64,000 nucleotides of DNA from Cyanophora paradoxa CCMP329 (lineage: Eukaryota; Plantae; Glaucophyta), in assembly GCA_004431415.1 (NCBI GenBank), contig QPMI01000546.1, forward strand, positions 1-64,000, read 5' to 3'. Shown piece by piece: positions 32,963-45,629 of the stretch (positions are counted from its first letter, which is position 1; each line of letters begins with the position of its first letter). A model generated the notes under the pieces. The model made no database searches. It was given only the letters and a program-made list of their open reading frames with translations, and was not told where the DNA came from. The translations under genes were made by a program, and so were the position numbers.

Positions 32963-35900
32963 CCTACGGGGGCGCGTGGGAGCCCTCCTCTGCAGGGGCG
33001 CCGCTGACGACGACGAGGACGGGGCGGCGCTTGGGCGGGGACCCCCCGAGGCCGGCCTCGAGGGGCCCCGCCGCGGCGTGGCGGGCGCGGGCGCGGGCGG
33101 CCGCCAGGCCCGCGAGCCACCGGGCGAGCCCCGGGGGAACAGCGCCCGCTCCTCCTCCGACGGGCCCGCCGGCTGCGGCTCCCGCCCGGCGCCGCCCTCC
33201 AGCGCCGCCGCCAGCCCGACGCCGCCGCCGCCGCCGCCACCGACGGCGGCAGGCCCGGGCGGGCGGCCCCGGAAGAGGCGGAGCAGGACGGCGGCGCGCG
33301 CGGCGTTCACCTCCAGGCCCAGCGAGCGGTCCGCCTTGCGGCAGAGCCGCCACGCCCGCTCCGCCCCGCGCAGGTCCCCCCGCGCGATGCTGGCGAGGCG
33401 CCGCGCCGGTCAGAAGAGAGGCCGCGGGGCGCGGCGGCGTCGGAGGCCTGGGGGCACCTGTGGACGCCGGCGGCGAAGTGGAGGAGGGGCACGACGACGG
33501 GCAGCGTCGCCCGGCACGCCGCCGAGCTCGCGAGGAGCGCCCCCGCCGCCTCCAGCGGGCCCTCGCCCCCGCCCTGCTCGCCCGCCCCGCCGGATCAACG
33601 AGGCCCGCGGGGCGGGGGCGGGGGCGGGGGAACGGGGGGCGCGTACCCCTTCGGAGCCGTGCGTGTGGCCGTTGAGCGCGAGGGAGCACCCGGCCAGCGC
33701 GGCGTGTATCCGGAACTGCGGGGTACGGTAAAAACCAACCGCGAGGGCGAGGAGAGGGGGCACGCACGATGAAGAGGGCGGACATGCAGGGGTACGGCAC
33801 GGGCCGCGCGAGGGCGGCGGCCCGGCCCAGGGCCTCCAGCGCGCGCCGCCGCAGCTCGGCGGCGCCGCCGGCGGCGGGGCGGCAGAGGAGGAGGAGGAGG
33901 AGGAGCGGGGTGCGGCCTCGCGCGAGAGGGCCTCGAACGCCACGGCGAGCGACGCTGCGAGAGAGAGCCTCAAATCAAGAGAAAGACTGGACGCCGGCTC
34001 TACGTCTGCTGGGGTTTGCTAATCGGTCACCTGCGACGAACTCGGCGTTGGCGCCGACGAGGGGCCGCCCGCCGCCGCCGCCGCCGCCTCCTCCGCCTGC
34101 AGGCGCGCGGCGAGGGCGGCGGGGCCCTCCCCGCCCGCGAGGCCGGCCGCCCGTGCGCCCGCCCCCGCCGCCCGCCGCGCAGTGGGCGAGGATGCCGTGC
34201 GCCGGCTGCCACACGCGGCCCTGCGCTCCCCGATCGGGAACCGGGCGAGAGGGCGAGGCGGCCGGGCGCCCCCGCCCAGGCGTACCTGCACGGAGCGGGC
34301 GGGGGCCGACGCCTCGCGCTCCGCCCGCGCGAAGTCGCCCTGGGACGCGCGGGCGGAAGTGAGGCGCCGCTGTACGGGGGGCGAGGGGGAAAAGCGTCGC
34401 CAGGGGGGTACCTGGAGGAAGGCGGAGAGGAAGGCCTGGGCGGCGAGCTGGTCCAGCCTGTGCCCGTCCTCCAGCGAGCGCGCCTGCCCCTGCCCGCCTG
34501 TCAGACGCCGCCGCAGGGCGGGGCGGGGGCGGGGCGGACGCGGGCGGCCTCCTGGAGGCGGCGGGAGCGGTTGAACTGGCCCCGCAGCGCCCTCGCGAAC
34601 CCAAGCTGCGGGGCGCGCGAGGTCAGAGGGGAGCGGCGGGCGCGCTGCGGGCCCGCGGGCCACCTCGCAAAGGGCGCGGGCGCGGTGCGTCGCCGCTGAG
34701 TCCCGCGCGTGCTCCAGCGCCTGAGGCGGGGTCGGCAGGGGCGGGCGGGAGGGGGGCATCAGGGGCGCGCCTTGCGCTCGAAGTAGTCGTGGAGGCGGCG
34801 GGCGGCGCGGAGGGGCACCCCGGCGAGCACGACGGCGACCTGCGCGAGGGAGCGAGGCCGCTCGACGCCTCCGCAGACGGCGGGGCGGGGCGGGGCGGAG
34901 GGGGCAGGGCGGGGCGGACGGCGGAGTAGCAGACGGAGAGGAGGGGCCGCACGCGCCCCGACTCGGCGTCGTTCAGCGCCCGCACCGCGCACCTGCGGGG
35001 GCGGGGAGGCTCGGCCGCGGCGGAGGGAGGGCCGGGCGGGACGGGCTGCGGGGCGGGGGCACCAGAGGGCGGGGAGGGTGTCGTTGTGGAGGAAGCAGAC
35101 CTCGAAGAGCGAGAAGAAGGTCGCGATCTGAGGGGCGCTTGATTCGGGGGCCCCGGGGGGGCGCGTCCGAGGGGTCGTGGAGGGGGGCCCGCGCACCCCG
35201 GCGGCGGCGCTGTCCCGGTGGAAGTGCGTCGCAGCCGGCACCTGCGCCCCGCCCGCCCCGCCGCGGCTTGGACTGGAGCTAGAGGCGAGGCTGGCGGGGC
35301 GCGGGGCGGGCACGGCGGGGGCGTGGAGGACGGCGTCGATGAGGGGCCCGACCGCCGCCTCCCACTCCAGGTCCCCCCGCAGCGGCGTCTGGCTGCCGCT
35401 CCCGCCCCCGCCCCCGCCCGCCCCGGACCCGCACGAGGACCTGTTGTGCGAGTGTGAGGCCGGGGCTTGTGGGAGGCCCCTCTCTAAGGGTTATCTTAAA
35501 GGCGCCGCTCTCAAGAAGCTTGTACATCTGCGTGCGCGCGCGCGTGCGGACCTTCGGCGGCCGAGCACGAACTCGTCGACGCGGAACGAGCCGCGGCGGG
35601 GGCGCGCCGGCGTGGAAAGGAGCTCGCCGGGGTTGGAGCCCGTGGAGCCCGAGCGGGGCCGCAGGAACGGCGAGTTGAGGGGCAGGACGGCGGCGGAGGC
35701 CGAGGAGCGGCGGCGCGCGGCGAGGCCCGAGGAGGAGGGCGGCCCCGGGGGCAGGAGGATGGGCGGCGGGTGCGGCCCGTCGGGGTCGCCCCAGTGCACC
35801 CCCTCCGGGCTCCCGAAGCACGCCCCCGGCGGCCCGTCCCCGCACTCGTCCTCCTCGGGCGGGGGCGCCGGGCGCGGGCGCGGGGCCACGTAGGGCCCGA

Positions 35901-38900
35901 AGAGCCGCTCCCGCACGCGGTGCGCCACCTGCAGGCGGGTGCACACCGTCAGGGGGCGGCCCGAAGCGGGCCGCGTGCCGCGGCGTCGCCCGGGCGCACG
36001 GCCGTGAGGAGGGCGGCGTGGAGGGCGAGGAGGCCGGCGGGCCCGCGGCGGAGGGGCCGCCCAGCAGCGCCGCCGCCGCCTCGAGGTGCGGGCGCGCCTC
36101 CTCCAGCCGTCCCTGCGCCGGCGGGGCGGGCACCGGGCATGGGCTTGAACCCCCGAAGCGGCGGCAGAGGCCCCTGCTGCCGGGGAAGGGCGGGGGCGGG
36201 GGCGGACCTGCTGAACGAGGGCGTGTCCCAGGCCCGCGTTCGCCGCCCGCTTCGCCCCCAGCAGCTCCTCGCCCCCCGCTGCGCTCGCCCCCGCGCGCGC
36301 GTCGGCCGCCCGCACCCCCCGCCCCACTCTCCTTTCCCGTCTCACCGGGCGGGGGCGCGGCCTCTCCCTCCGCCTCGATCTCCGCGACGGTGCTCAGGAC
36401 GCCCCGCAGGACCTGCCGGGGCGGGACGGTGAGGGAGGAGCGGCGGGGGCGGGCCGGGCGGTGCGGGGCGGCGCCCGCGCCTCGCAGGCGGTCGCATTGT
36501 CGAAGACGGCCGCCGCCTGCGCGAGCGAGCGGAAGGGACGGGCGTGGGCGCGTGCGTGGGCGCCGGCATCCGACTGATTGTGCGCACGCGGGCGGCGTGG
36601 CGGAGCATGTAGGGGAGCGCCCGCGCCTGCTCCCCGGCCTCCAGCCACTGCGCCCCGTCGGAGAAGGCCCGGCGAGGAGCGCACGCGGGGCGCGCACGTG
36701 GTGGGAGAGGAGCACGTCGCGGTCGCCCCAGCGCAGCCGTCTGCGCGGGCAGGGCGAACGGTCCGTCGGCCGGCGCGGGGAGGGAGGGGCCCCCGCCCCG
36801 GCGGCGTCGAGGGGCGCACGAGGCGCCGGAGGAGGAGCGGCCGTCGGCCTCGCGCTCGGCGCCCCCCTCGGCCGCCTCCGCCGCCCGGTCCTCCTCCTCC
36901 AGCTGCGCCCCAAGGTCACGGCGCAGCCTCGGATAGGGGGCGGTGGGGCGCGGGCCGGCGCACGCGCTCGAGGTACTCGGCGGTGGCGCGGTGGAGGCGG
37001 CACCGCTGCGCCGGCGGCAGCAGCTCCCGCACCGCCTGCGCCGCGCCGCCGTCAGCGTCGTCGCGCCGGGCGGGGCGGGGCGGGGCGGGGCGGGCGGGGC
37101 GGGGCGGGCCTGCTGGATGCGCTCGTGGCGCCACTCGAAGACGGGGTCGGGCTCCCCCTCGTCCTCCCCCGCCCCGGGCCCCAGCCCCAGCCCCAGCGCC
37201 GCACGCTGCCCCGCACGAGTCAGCCGACGGGGCGGCGGAGGGGGGAGGTCGAAGGCGAAGACGAAGAACGGTGAAGCTATTTTAAAAGGCTATCAAGAAG
37301 AAGAAGAGAAGAAGGGCGCGCCTCGCCCTCGAAGTCATCGGCGTACTCGAACTCGCCCTCCTCCTCATCCTCCTCCTCGTCGCCGCACGCCGTCCCCTCT
37401 GCGACGCCCGCTCGGCCCGGGCGAGGGGAGAGGAGAGAGGGCGGGGCGCGCTTCCGATGGCGTGCGGGGCGCGCGCCCGCGCGAACCCGATGCTCCGCAC
37501 CGCGTCGTCTGCCGCCGCCGCGCCGGTGAGGGGGGCGCCACAAGAAGAACGCTGACGAGAGGCGGGGCGGGGCCGCACTGGCGAGGAGGGCGCGGATGGC
37601 GGCGGGGGAGGCGTAGCGCTGCTGGGGGTACACCGCGCAGAGCGTGGAGAGGGGCACCCGCGTCCCACACACCGCCGCCACCTGCCGGGGGGCTCGGGCG
37701 GAGGGGCGCGGGCGCTGGAGGGGACGGCGGGGACCTTGAGGAGGAGCTGGGTGTGGAAGGGGAGCAGGGAGACGCGCGAGACGACGAAGTACGAGAACTG
37801 CCCCCGGGGGGCGCCCCTCGGCGCGTGCGTCAGCGGCGCCAGAAGGCAGGAGCGAGGGGCGGGGCGGGGCGGGGACCTGGCGGGGCGTGTCATCCCCGCT
37901 CGAGTCGGCGTCGACGAGCTCGGCCAGGCTGTGGCGCCGCCCCTCCGGCCCGGGCACCTGCCGGGGCCTCAGCGGCGGCCGAGCCGGGAGGGGCGGGGCG
38001 GCGCGGCGCGCCGAGAAGCGGGAGAGGAGGTTGGAGGCCCGCAGCGCCTCCACCATCTGCGCGGGGCGGGGCGGATCAGATCAGATCAGATCAGATCAGA
38101 AGAGGAGGCCGCCGGGACGCGCCTCGACGATGACGAGGGGGTTCCCCAGCGCCTGCTCCTTCAGCAGGTGCGTCAGCTGCGCGGGGCCGGTCAGCCGGTC
38201 AGTGAGCCGGGCGGTCAGTCTGGGGCGCCGCGTCGCGGGGCGCACGGCGGGCCCGAGGCGCTCGACGCCGAGGACGGAGCGGGCGAGCTCGTCCGAGTCC
38301 GACCCGTCCTGCGGGGAACACGCGTGAGGCGCGGGCCGCGGGGCGCCGGAGGGAGGGAGGGGGGGGGGGGGGGGGGGGGGGGGTGCGGACGAGGGCGAGC
38401 AGGTCGACGGCGGCGGCGCGCGGCAGCGCCAGCAGCCGCCGGCACGCCGCCTGCGCGGAGTGAGGCCGGCGGCGGAGGCCGGTGGGGGGAGCGGGGCGCG
38501 CACGGCGGTGTGGGGCGCCTGGCGCTCCCCTTCGTCCGTGCGGACCGCCGCCAGCACCGCAAAGTCCCCCGAGGCCGCCGCCTGCGCGTTTGGGCGGGGC
38601 CCGCGTCGCTCGGCTGCCGGCGCCTGCGGCGGGTCCCGCGCACCTCGATGGCAATGTCCAGCGAGGGCCCGTCCGTCCAGTCCTGCGGGAGGCGGGGCGG
38701 TGAGGCGGGGGCGGGGAGAAGAAGGGGGCGGGGCGGGCACGAGGTGGTCGACGACGAGGAGGGGCCGTAGGTGCCCCGCCCCCCGCGCCGAGGGCGGCAG
38801 CGACCGCGCGCTGCGCCCCGAGGCCGCGCCGCGTCAGGGGCCGCTCGCTTCGAGGACGGGCGGGGCGGGGCGGGCCTGCGGGGCCGCCAGGGCGACTCGG

Positions 38901-41900
38901 CTTCGGCGGGGCCACCCTCGTAGTCCTCCCCCGACGTCGAGCCCGCCCCCTCCGACGTGAAGCTGCCGTACCCCCCCTTGGGCTAGGGCGAGGGGTGGGG
39001 GGGGGTACGGGGCACCTCGGGTAGCGGCAGACGGGCGCGCGGGATCGGACGGAGTGCTTCACTGCGGGGGGCGGCGCGCGGGGGCGCGTGAGCCGCCCGC
39101 GAGGAGGGAAAAGGGCCCCGCGGGGATCCGTACTCGCGAGCTCGTGGACGTAGGCCTTGAGCACGAGGACGACGAGGCGGCGCACGGCGCGGGCCCGCGA
39201 CTCGGCGTCCCTGCGACTCGGCCTCAGGCCGCGGGCGGGGGTACCACATCGCCGGGCGAGTAAGGGGTACGCACATTCCGCGGGTCGCATCCGTCTCGGG
39301 GAGGCCGAAGCCGGGTACAACCGCGTTGAGGAGCGGAAGGACGCCCGCTGACGGTGGGCAGGTCACACAATCTTTTCGGAAAGAGAAGGAGGGGGAGGGG
39401 GAGCAAGCAAAGGGGGTACCGACGGAGAGGGCGGCGCTTCCGAGGGGTACCAACCGGTGCACGATCGCGTCCTGGACCTGGGGGCGGCAGCGTGGAATTG
39501 AAAACCTGTACCCCAGGGCGCTTGCCACCCCCCACCCCCCCCCCCCCCCCCCCTCATTCGCGTCAAGCGGACCTCCTCGGGATCGAGCCGGGCGTCGGAA
39601 TCGGCGCGCGACTCGCTGGCGTTCGACTCCGCGTAGGGGGGATCGCCAGGCGCGGGGCCGCCGCCGGAGGTCAGTGCCGCCAGTCCCGCCCCGGAGGCGC
39701 GCGGCCGGTGGGAGCCGCCTGCGGTGGCGGCGTGGCCGGAGCGGAGCGGGGCGAGCCACTCGGCGAGGATGGTCTGGAGGGTCTCGCGCCACGCCCAGTA
39801 CGGGTGCTCCCGCTGCTCCGGCACTGTGGGGCGGGGTGGGTTACGGACGGGCCGCGGGGAGGCGCGGAGGGGGCGCGGCAGGCGCTCACCGCCGCTGCAG
39901 GAGAAGAGGACGAAGCCGCAGCGCCGCAGGCGGTCCGACGCCATGCGCACTGCGCGGCGGCGCCGGCCGGCGAGTGAGCGGGCGCCGGACCCAGGTCCGG
40001 CGGAGGGCGACGAGGAGGAGGGCGGCTAGCCAGCTCGCTGGCTCGCTGGCGGCAGGTGGAGGGGCGGCGAGATGGAAGGGACGCACCGAAGGTGGACTTG
40101 CCGGCGCCGGCGCGGCCGCGCACGAGCACCGCGCCCCCGCCCTGCCACCCCGCCCCTGAGCTCCTCCCTCCCGCCCTCCCCCGTGAGAGGCGGCGGACCT
40201 GGGGCCGGGCGAGGCGGGCGACGGCGAGGGCGAGCTCCTCCCGCCTCCCCACCGGCGCGAACAGCGGCTGCGCGGCGCCAGGCGTCGGACCCGGGGCGGC
40301 CGGGGGCGGCCAGGGCGGGGGCGCGGACGAGGGCGGGGAGCTCGAAGCGGCGGCCGCTCTTCGTCGCCGCGTGCGCCCGGAACGCCGTCACCGCGTCCGA
40401 GAAGCTGCGCCGGGGTCGGCGGAGCCCCTAACCTGCCGGGTCGGGGCGGGGGGGTACCCCTTGAGGGCGAGCTGCTGGGGGGGGTCGAAGAAGGCCGCCC
40501 CGCCCGCCGCCTCGTCTGCCCCCGGGTCGGAGGAGGCGGCGGAAGGGAGAGGCAAGGGGGCGGACGGGTGGCGGCGTCGACCAGGACGCTGCCGCCGGCC
40601 TGCTGCATCAGCCGCGCCGCCAGGTTCACCGTCCGCCCTGCCCCGAGTCGCCCGGTTAGAAGCCGGGGAGTAAGTTAGGTTGGGGGGGGGGGGGGGGGGG
40701 GGGGGGGGTGGGGTCGCTTCAGGGGCCTCACCGAGGACGGTGTACTCGCAGCGGAGGCCGCCGGCGCCCCCGACGCACCCCGCGAAGACGCTGCGGGGGA
40801 GACGCCCAGTGAGGGGCCGGCGGCGGGCGGGCGGGCGGGGGCGGAGGCGCGCGACCGCACCGCCCCGTCGCGATGCCCGCGCTCGAGCCTGCGCAGGGTC
40901 AGAGGGGCGAGGGGCGAGGGGGGAGGAGGCGGAGGGGGGTACCGAAGCCGGCCGAGTGGAGGTCCTTGCGCATGGCGACCGCCGCGCTGACGGCCCGCGC
41001 CCCGTCGTCGACGTGGACCAGGGGGGGCAGCCCCAGCACGAGCCTGCCGGCGCGGTCAGGGCCGGGGGAGGAGAGGGGTACGGCAAAGACAAAGAGAGAG
41101 AGAGAAATGGGCGCCCGGGCGCACACTGCGACGCAGCCCTGCGGGGGGCGGGGCGGCCGGCGGAGTCGGGTGCGAAGGGAGAAGAGGAAAAGAGCGGGAC
41201 GGGATTCGAACCTTGTCGTCGACGACGAGCTTGTTCAGCTGCGCGCCGTACTCCGCGCAGGCCGCCTGCAGGGGTGCGGTGAATTGAAGGAAAGAGAAAG
41301 GGAGGGGGGTATGGGCGCGCCTCGAAGACAGTGAGGGCTGCGTGCAGGGAAAGGGCGACGCTGCCGGTCGCCTCCTCGCGGGCAGAGGGGGCGCGGGGCA
41401 GGCGCCGCCGGCTGCCGCGCCCGCCCGCCGGTCGGCGGTGGAGGGGTACGGGGTGTCACGCGGCGGGGGGTACCGCACCTGTTCCGGTCGAGCGCTGCGG
41501 CGTCGCTCGAGAGGATACCCGTCACCGAAACGAACACCACCGAGGCCGTCCTCGTCTGGGGGGTACAGGATATGCGCGGGCGGGGGCGCAGCGTGCGGGA
41601 GGGGGTAGAAGCACCTCGTCGATCCACTCGCCGAGGCCGGACCTGAAGGCGTCGGCGACGCGCTTGGGGACGAAGGCGGCCGGCTCGACCCGGACCCAGG
41701 GGCTGTTCGGGGGGGCGTTCGGCGGGGGTATACGGGGAGCGCCGGCGCGGGGCGGGGGGTACGAGGCACCTCGGGAGGTCCCAGACGGGGGAGGTGGTCG
41801 GGACGGGAACCGCGCGGGCGGCGGAAAGGGCATCGGGGGGTATGAGGTAGTTGCCGGACCCGAGCGTCGTTCCTGCGGCGAAAGCGGTCGGAGGGGTACC

Positions 41901-43041
41901 CAATGCGGGCACGCGGGGGGCCGCACCCTCGTAGGAGCTTCCTAGGGCCTCCATCGCCTGCGCGCCGCAGACGAGCTGCGGGAAAACGCGCGCAGGGGTT
42001 GGATCGGGGGAGAAAGGGGGCGGCGCGGATTCGAGCACCTGCCCCGGGAGGGCGTCGGGCTCGGCGCAGCACGCCTCCTCCACGGCCGGGCCCGTGCAGA
42101 CGTAGCGCCGAAGTCCCGCTGCGAAAGCGTGGGCGGGCGCAAGGGGGGGGGAGTCCTGGAGGGGTACCGGGCCCCGCGCAGACGGCGACGACGGTGCCGA
42201 AGCCCATGCCGACGTGCAGGGAGACGGGCGGGGAGCCGGGGATCGCCGCCTGGAGGTCCTTCGCCTTGGCCTGCCGGCACGCGGATCAACGGCGGCGGGC
42301 GGGCGGGCGCGGGCGGGGCGCCTCGGCGGCGGCGAAGAGGCGGGAGGCGAGGGCGACCGCGCGGGCGGCGGTGGCCGCCGGCGCCTCATCCCCCGCCGGC
42401 TCCAGAACGAGCAGGCTGGCGTCTCCCGCTACGGGGGGTCACGCGGTTACGTTACGGCGGGGGTTCGCGGCGGGGCATGGCGGGGCGGGGGCGGGGGCGG
42501 GGGCGGCGGGGGCGGGAGCGGCGGGGCGGGGGGCGGACCGAAGGTGGCGACGTCCGCCCCGAAGCGCTCGGCTTCGGCGAGGAGCGGCGTGAAGAAGGCG
42601 TTCAAAAGCGAGGCGAGGGCGGCGGCGGCGCGCGACGGCTCCCCCGCGCAGATCTCGTAGGCGTCCGCCTCGAGCCGCGAGAAGCCGCTCACGTCGACGA
42701 GCAGCACGCAGCAGCTCCTCTTCGTCACGCACGAGGCGCCCGCGCTCGCGTCGGCGGCGGCCGGCGAGGGGCCGGCATCGGGCGGCGGCCTGCGCACGGG
42801 CCCGACCGTCGGACTATGTTGGCGGGAAGGGGCCGGCGTTCCCGGAGGCAGCGCACCGCCTCAGATCATGAGGCAGGAAGGCCAGAAGCGCGTCGGCACC
42901 GCGCGGCAATCGCGAGGCGCCCTCCAGCGCGGAGAATCCCAGCGCAACCGTAGACCCGGACCGCATGCTGATCCGCCGGCCTTGGGGCAGCGCGACGCTC
43001 GGGGCCCGCGCCCGAGAGGGCCGGCTCCGCCCATTGCCCAT
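32960..43041 (-). CDS. Soluble adenylyl cyclase (ADCY10)-like protein: two class III cyclase domains, STAND P-loop NTPase, helical C-terminus; multi-exon
   Basis: LLVDVSGFSRL; DVATFAGDA; LHVGMGFG; NKLVVDDK; LGLPPLVHVDDGARAV; VFAGCVGG...CEYTVL; VNLAARLMQ; VGRREEL; Walker A GRAGAGKST; GNPL motif. Confidence 0.85.
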
Positions 43042-43744
43042 CCGGGGCCTGGCAACGCCCGCAGCGAGTAGCGCTGGAGATGCGGCAGGGAGAGGCTTGG
43101 AAAGGCTGCTGGAATGCACTGTCTAGCTAGAGTCCTGACTAGCGCTATGCGGAAGCGGCCGGCCGCCTTCGAATCGCTCGTCCCGCACGCTCGAAAGAAT
43201 GCGTACCCGTGTATGGTAAGCAGAAGTGCGTGCTCGAACTGCGGCCCCGTGCGCATATATACGCGCGCGCAGCAGCTGTCGCGTCGCGATGCATCTTGTT
43301 AGTGTGGCGAGCTGCGCGCCGCGCCGGCGCCGGCGCGGCGCGCGCGGCGCATTCGCAGCGCGCGCTAGTTGCAATTGCGCATGCAGGGCCACTGTGCCAT
43401 GGGCTTGGTCTTCGCTCGAGCTTGCGTGCGCGCAGCCTGGCCCAGTGGCATTATGAGATGCACGCGCGCTTCTTCATACGCGCGATGAGCGGCGGTGGGT
43501 GCAGCTTCGCCCTAGGCGCCTGCACGTGCACAAGAGACGAGCAAAGAAGGCTTAGGAATTCATACACAATCCATTCTGAAGACTCTACATTACTGCACAC
43601 CCGACCTCCTGCTGGCTAACAATCCACGCTACGAAGCAAAGTCGAACCCCAAAACTCGGATCTAGATCTACGGACGGGGAACCCGGCCGAGCTAGGCTAG
43701 CTAAGGAAAGGGGGCCGGCCCGGCCCCCGCGGGCGGCGGCGCCC

Positions 43745-45230
43745 CTACTGCTGCTCGTTGTCGGCGGAGGAGAGCATGCGGGTGAGCTCGGCGCGGTTCT
43801 CGAGGCCCTTGAGGTGGTAGCCGACGAGCATGGCCCAGAAGGTGAGGTGGGCGAGGTAGTCCCGCGTGGTGGTCGCCGTCGTCTGGATCTGGGGGCCCGA
43901 CATGCTCCCCAGCTGCTCCGCCAGCACCCGCTCCATCGCCTCCAGCGCCTCCTCGCTCGCCTCGTTCCGCGCCCTGCGCCCCCGCAGCTATCGTCGGCGC
44001 CGGAGCGCGGCGGACCGCGCGGCGGGGCGGCGGACCGCGCGACGCTCTCGGGGTCGGCGTGCAGGAGGTGGTCGATGAGGGGGTTCGCGTCCGCCAGCTT
44101 CACCTTCAGCCGGTCCCGCTCGGCCGTCGCCGCGGCCAGCTCCGCGCGCAGCCGATCGATGTACTCCGCCGCCTCCATCATCCCCTCCTCCCCCTCCAGC
44201 CTCACCTGGCCCGACACGTTCCCCGCCCAGCTCCGCCCGCCCAGGCTCCGGATCTGAGGACGCGTTAGAACGGTCCCCGGAGGCGCGCGGGCGCGGGCGG
44301 AGGGCCGGCGGACCGAGGGGGAGACGGGAGCGAGGGCCTCCGGGTGCGCGGAGGCGAGCGCGTCCTCCGGCGCGGCGCCCGTGAGCAGGTCGGGGTGCTG
44401 CTCCGGAGACAAGCTCTTGTTCAGCGACACGCGAATCTCCGCGTTCCTGCCCGGTCCGTCGGCCGGGACCGAGAGCCGGCGGGCGGGAGGGCGGGCGGCG
44501 CCGCCGCTCACCGGAACGAGAAGCCGGTCATCATCGCGGAAAACAGAAGGCGCTTCAGGTTCTCCTTGTTCGTCGAGACCTGAGCGCCGGCGGGTCGGGT
44601 CAGCCGCGCGCCCGCGTGCGCAGATGCGTACGTGCGCGGGAGCGCACTTGGAAGACGAAGTGCTCGCTAGGGAGCGTGCCGACCATCGAAAGGATCGTTT
44701 TCTGCGCGCGGAAGCGGCGGGTGAGCTGCGGGTGCGCGAGGCGTGCGCGAAGAGTCGAGAAGCCCGGTCACCTTCATGGCGTCGGCGGCCTCGGGAGAGA
44801 GGGTCGCGATGAGCTGCTTGAGATCACTGCGACGCTAGTGAGCCGAAGAGCGGCGCAGAAGGGCCCCCGCTCGCTCTCACCTGGGTTGCATCGTCCGCAC
44901 TTGCTCGAAGAGAAGATTCGGGCCGCTCGCGGTCAGGGGCCGATCCTCACGATCTTCGCCGCCGTCGGACTCATCCGGAGGAAGCTGGTAAACCGCCTTC
45001 GGCGGCTGGGCGACGACGCTCCGGTGGAACCGCCTCAGCGGCCGGCTAGAGGCGAAGACACGCGCGCCGAGGAAGCTGCGCTGCGCCAGAGGCCCAGAAG
45101 AAGAGGAGGAGGAAGAGGAGGCTGCCGGCGGGACCTCCGCTGGCAGCACGTGCAAGGCTGCGACGGAGCAAGGCCGCGCGCGGCCCGTCCGAACAGCGGC
45201 GCTCGCAGGGAAGACGAAGGCGTTCTGCAT
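43745..45230 (-). CDS. Plastid-targeted double-DUF760 protein (At3g17800-like), multi-exon
   Basis: MQNAFV plus an S/R-rich transit peptide; SPEAADAMK...ILSMVGTLPS; ENLKRLLFSAMMTGF...NAEIR; NPLIDHL; TTRDYLAHLTFWAMLVGYHLKGLENRAEL. Confidence 0.85.
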
Positions 45231-45629
45231 TGGATGCTGCAAATTCTGCGGTTGCTGCGGTTGTGCGGACTGCGTGGTCCTCGGGCCTCTAGAAGCTTCG
45301 CCGATTATCAGGTAAGCAATGTGTACCCCCTAAATCGCGCGCGTGCGCACGAAGGCGACCTGCCGCGTGCGCACGCCCCGGCTTCGCATGCGCACGCCCC
45401 GGCCCGGCCCGGCGCTTCGCACGGCGCGCGCGCTGTGGCTGGCCTTTAAAATTCGAAGACAGTGAAAGGCCGGGCGCTAGCGCTGCGCATGCTTGCCAGC
45501 GCTAGCCGGCGCCGGCGCCGGCGCCCGGCCCCAGCTGCAGCTGCAGCTAGCTTTAGCGCTACCTGGCGCTAGCGCAAGCTGTAGATCTAGATCTGGCGCA
45601 CAGCCTAGGCCTGGCCGGGCGCGCGAGGC

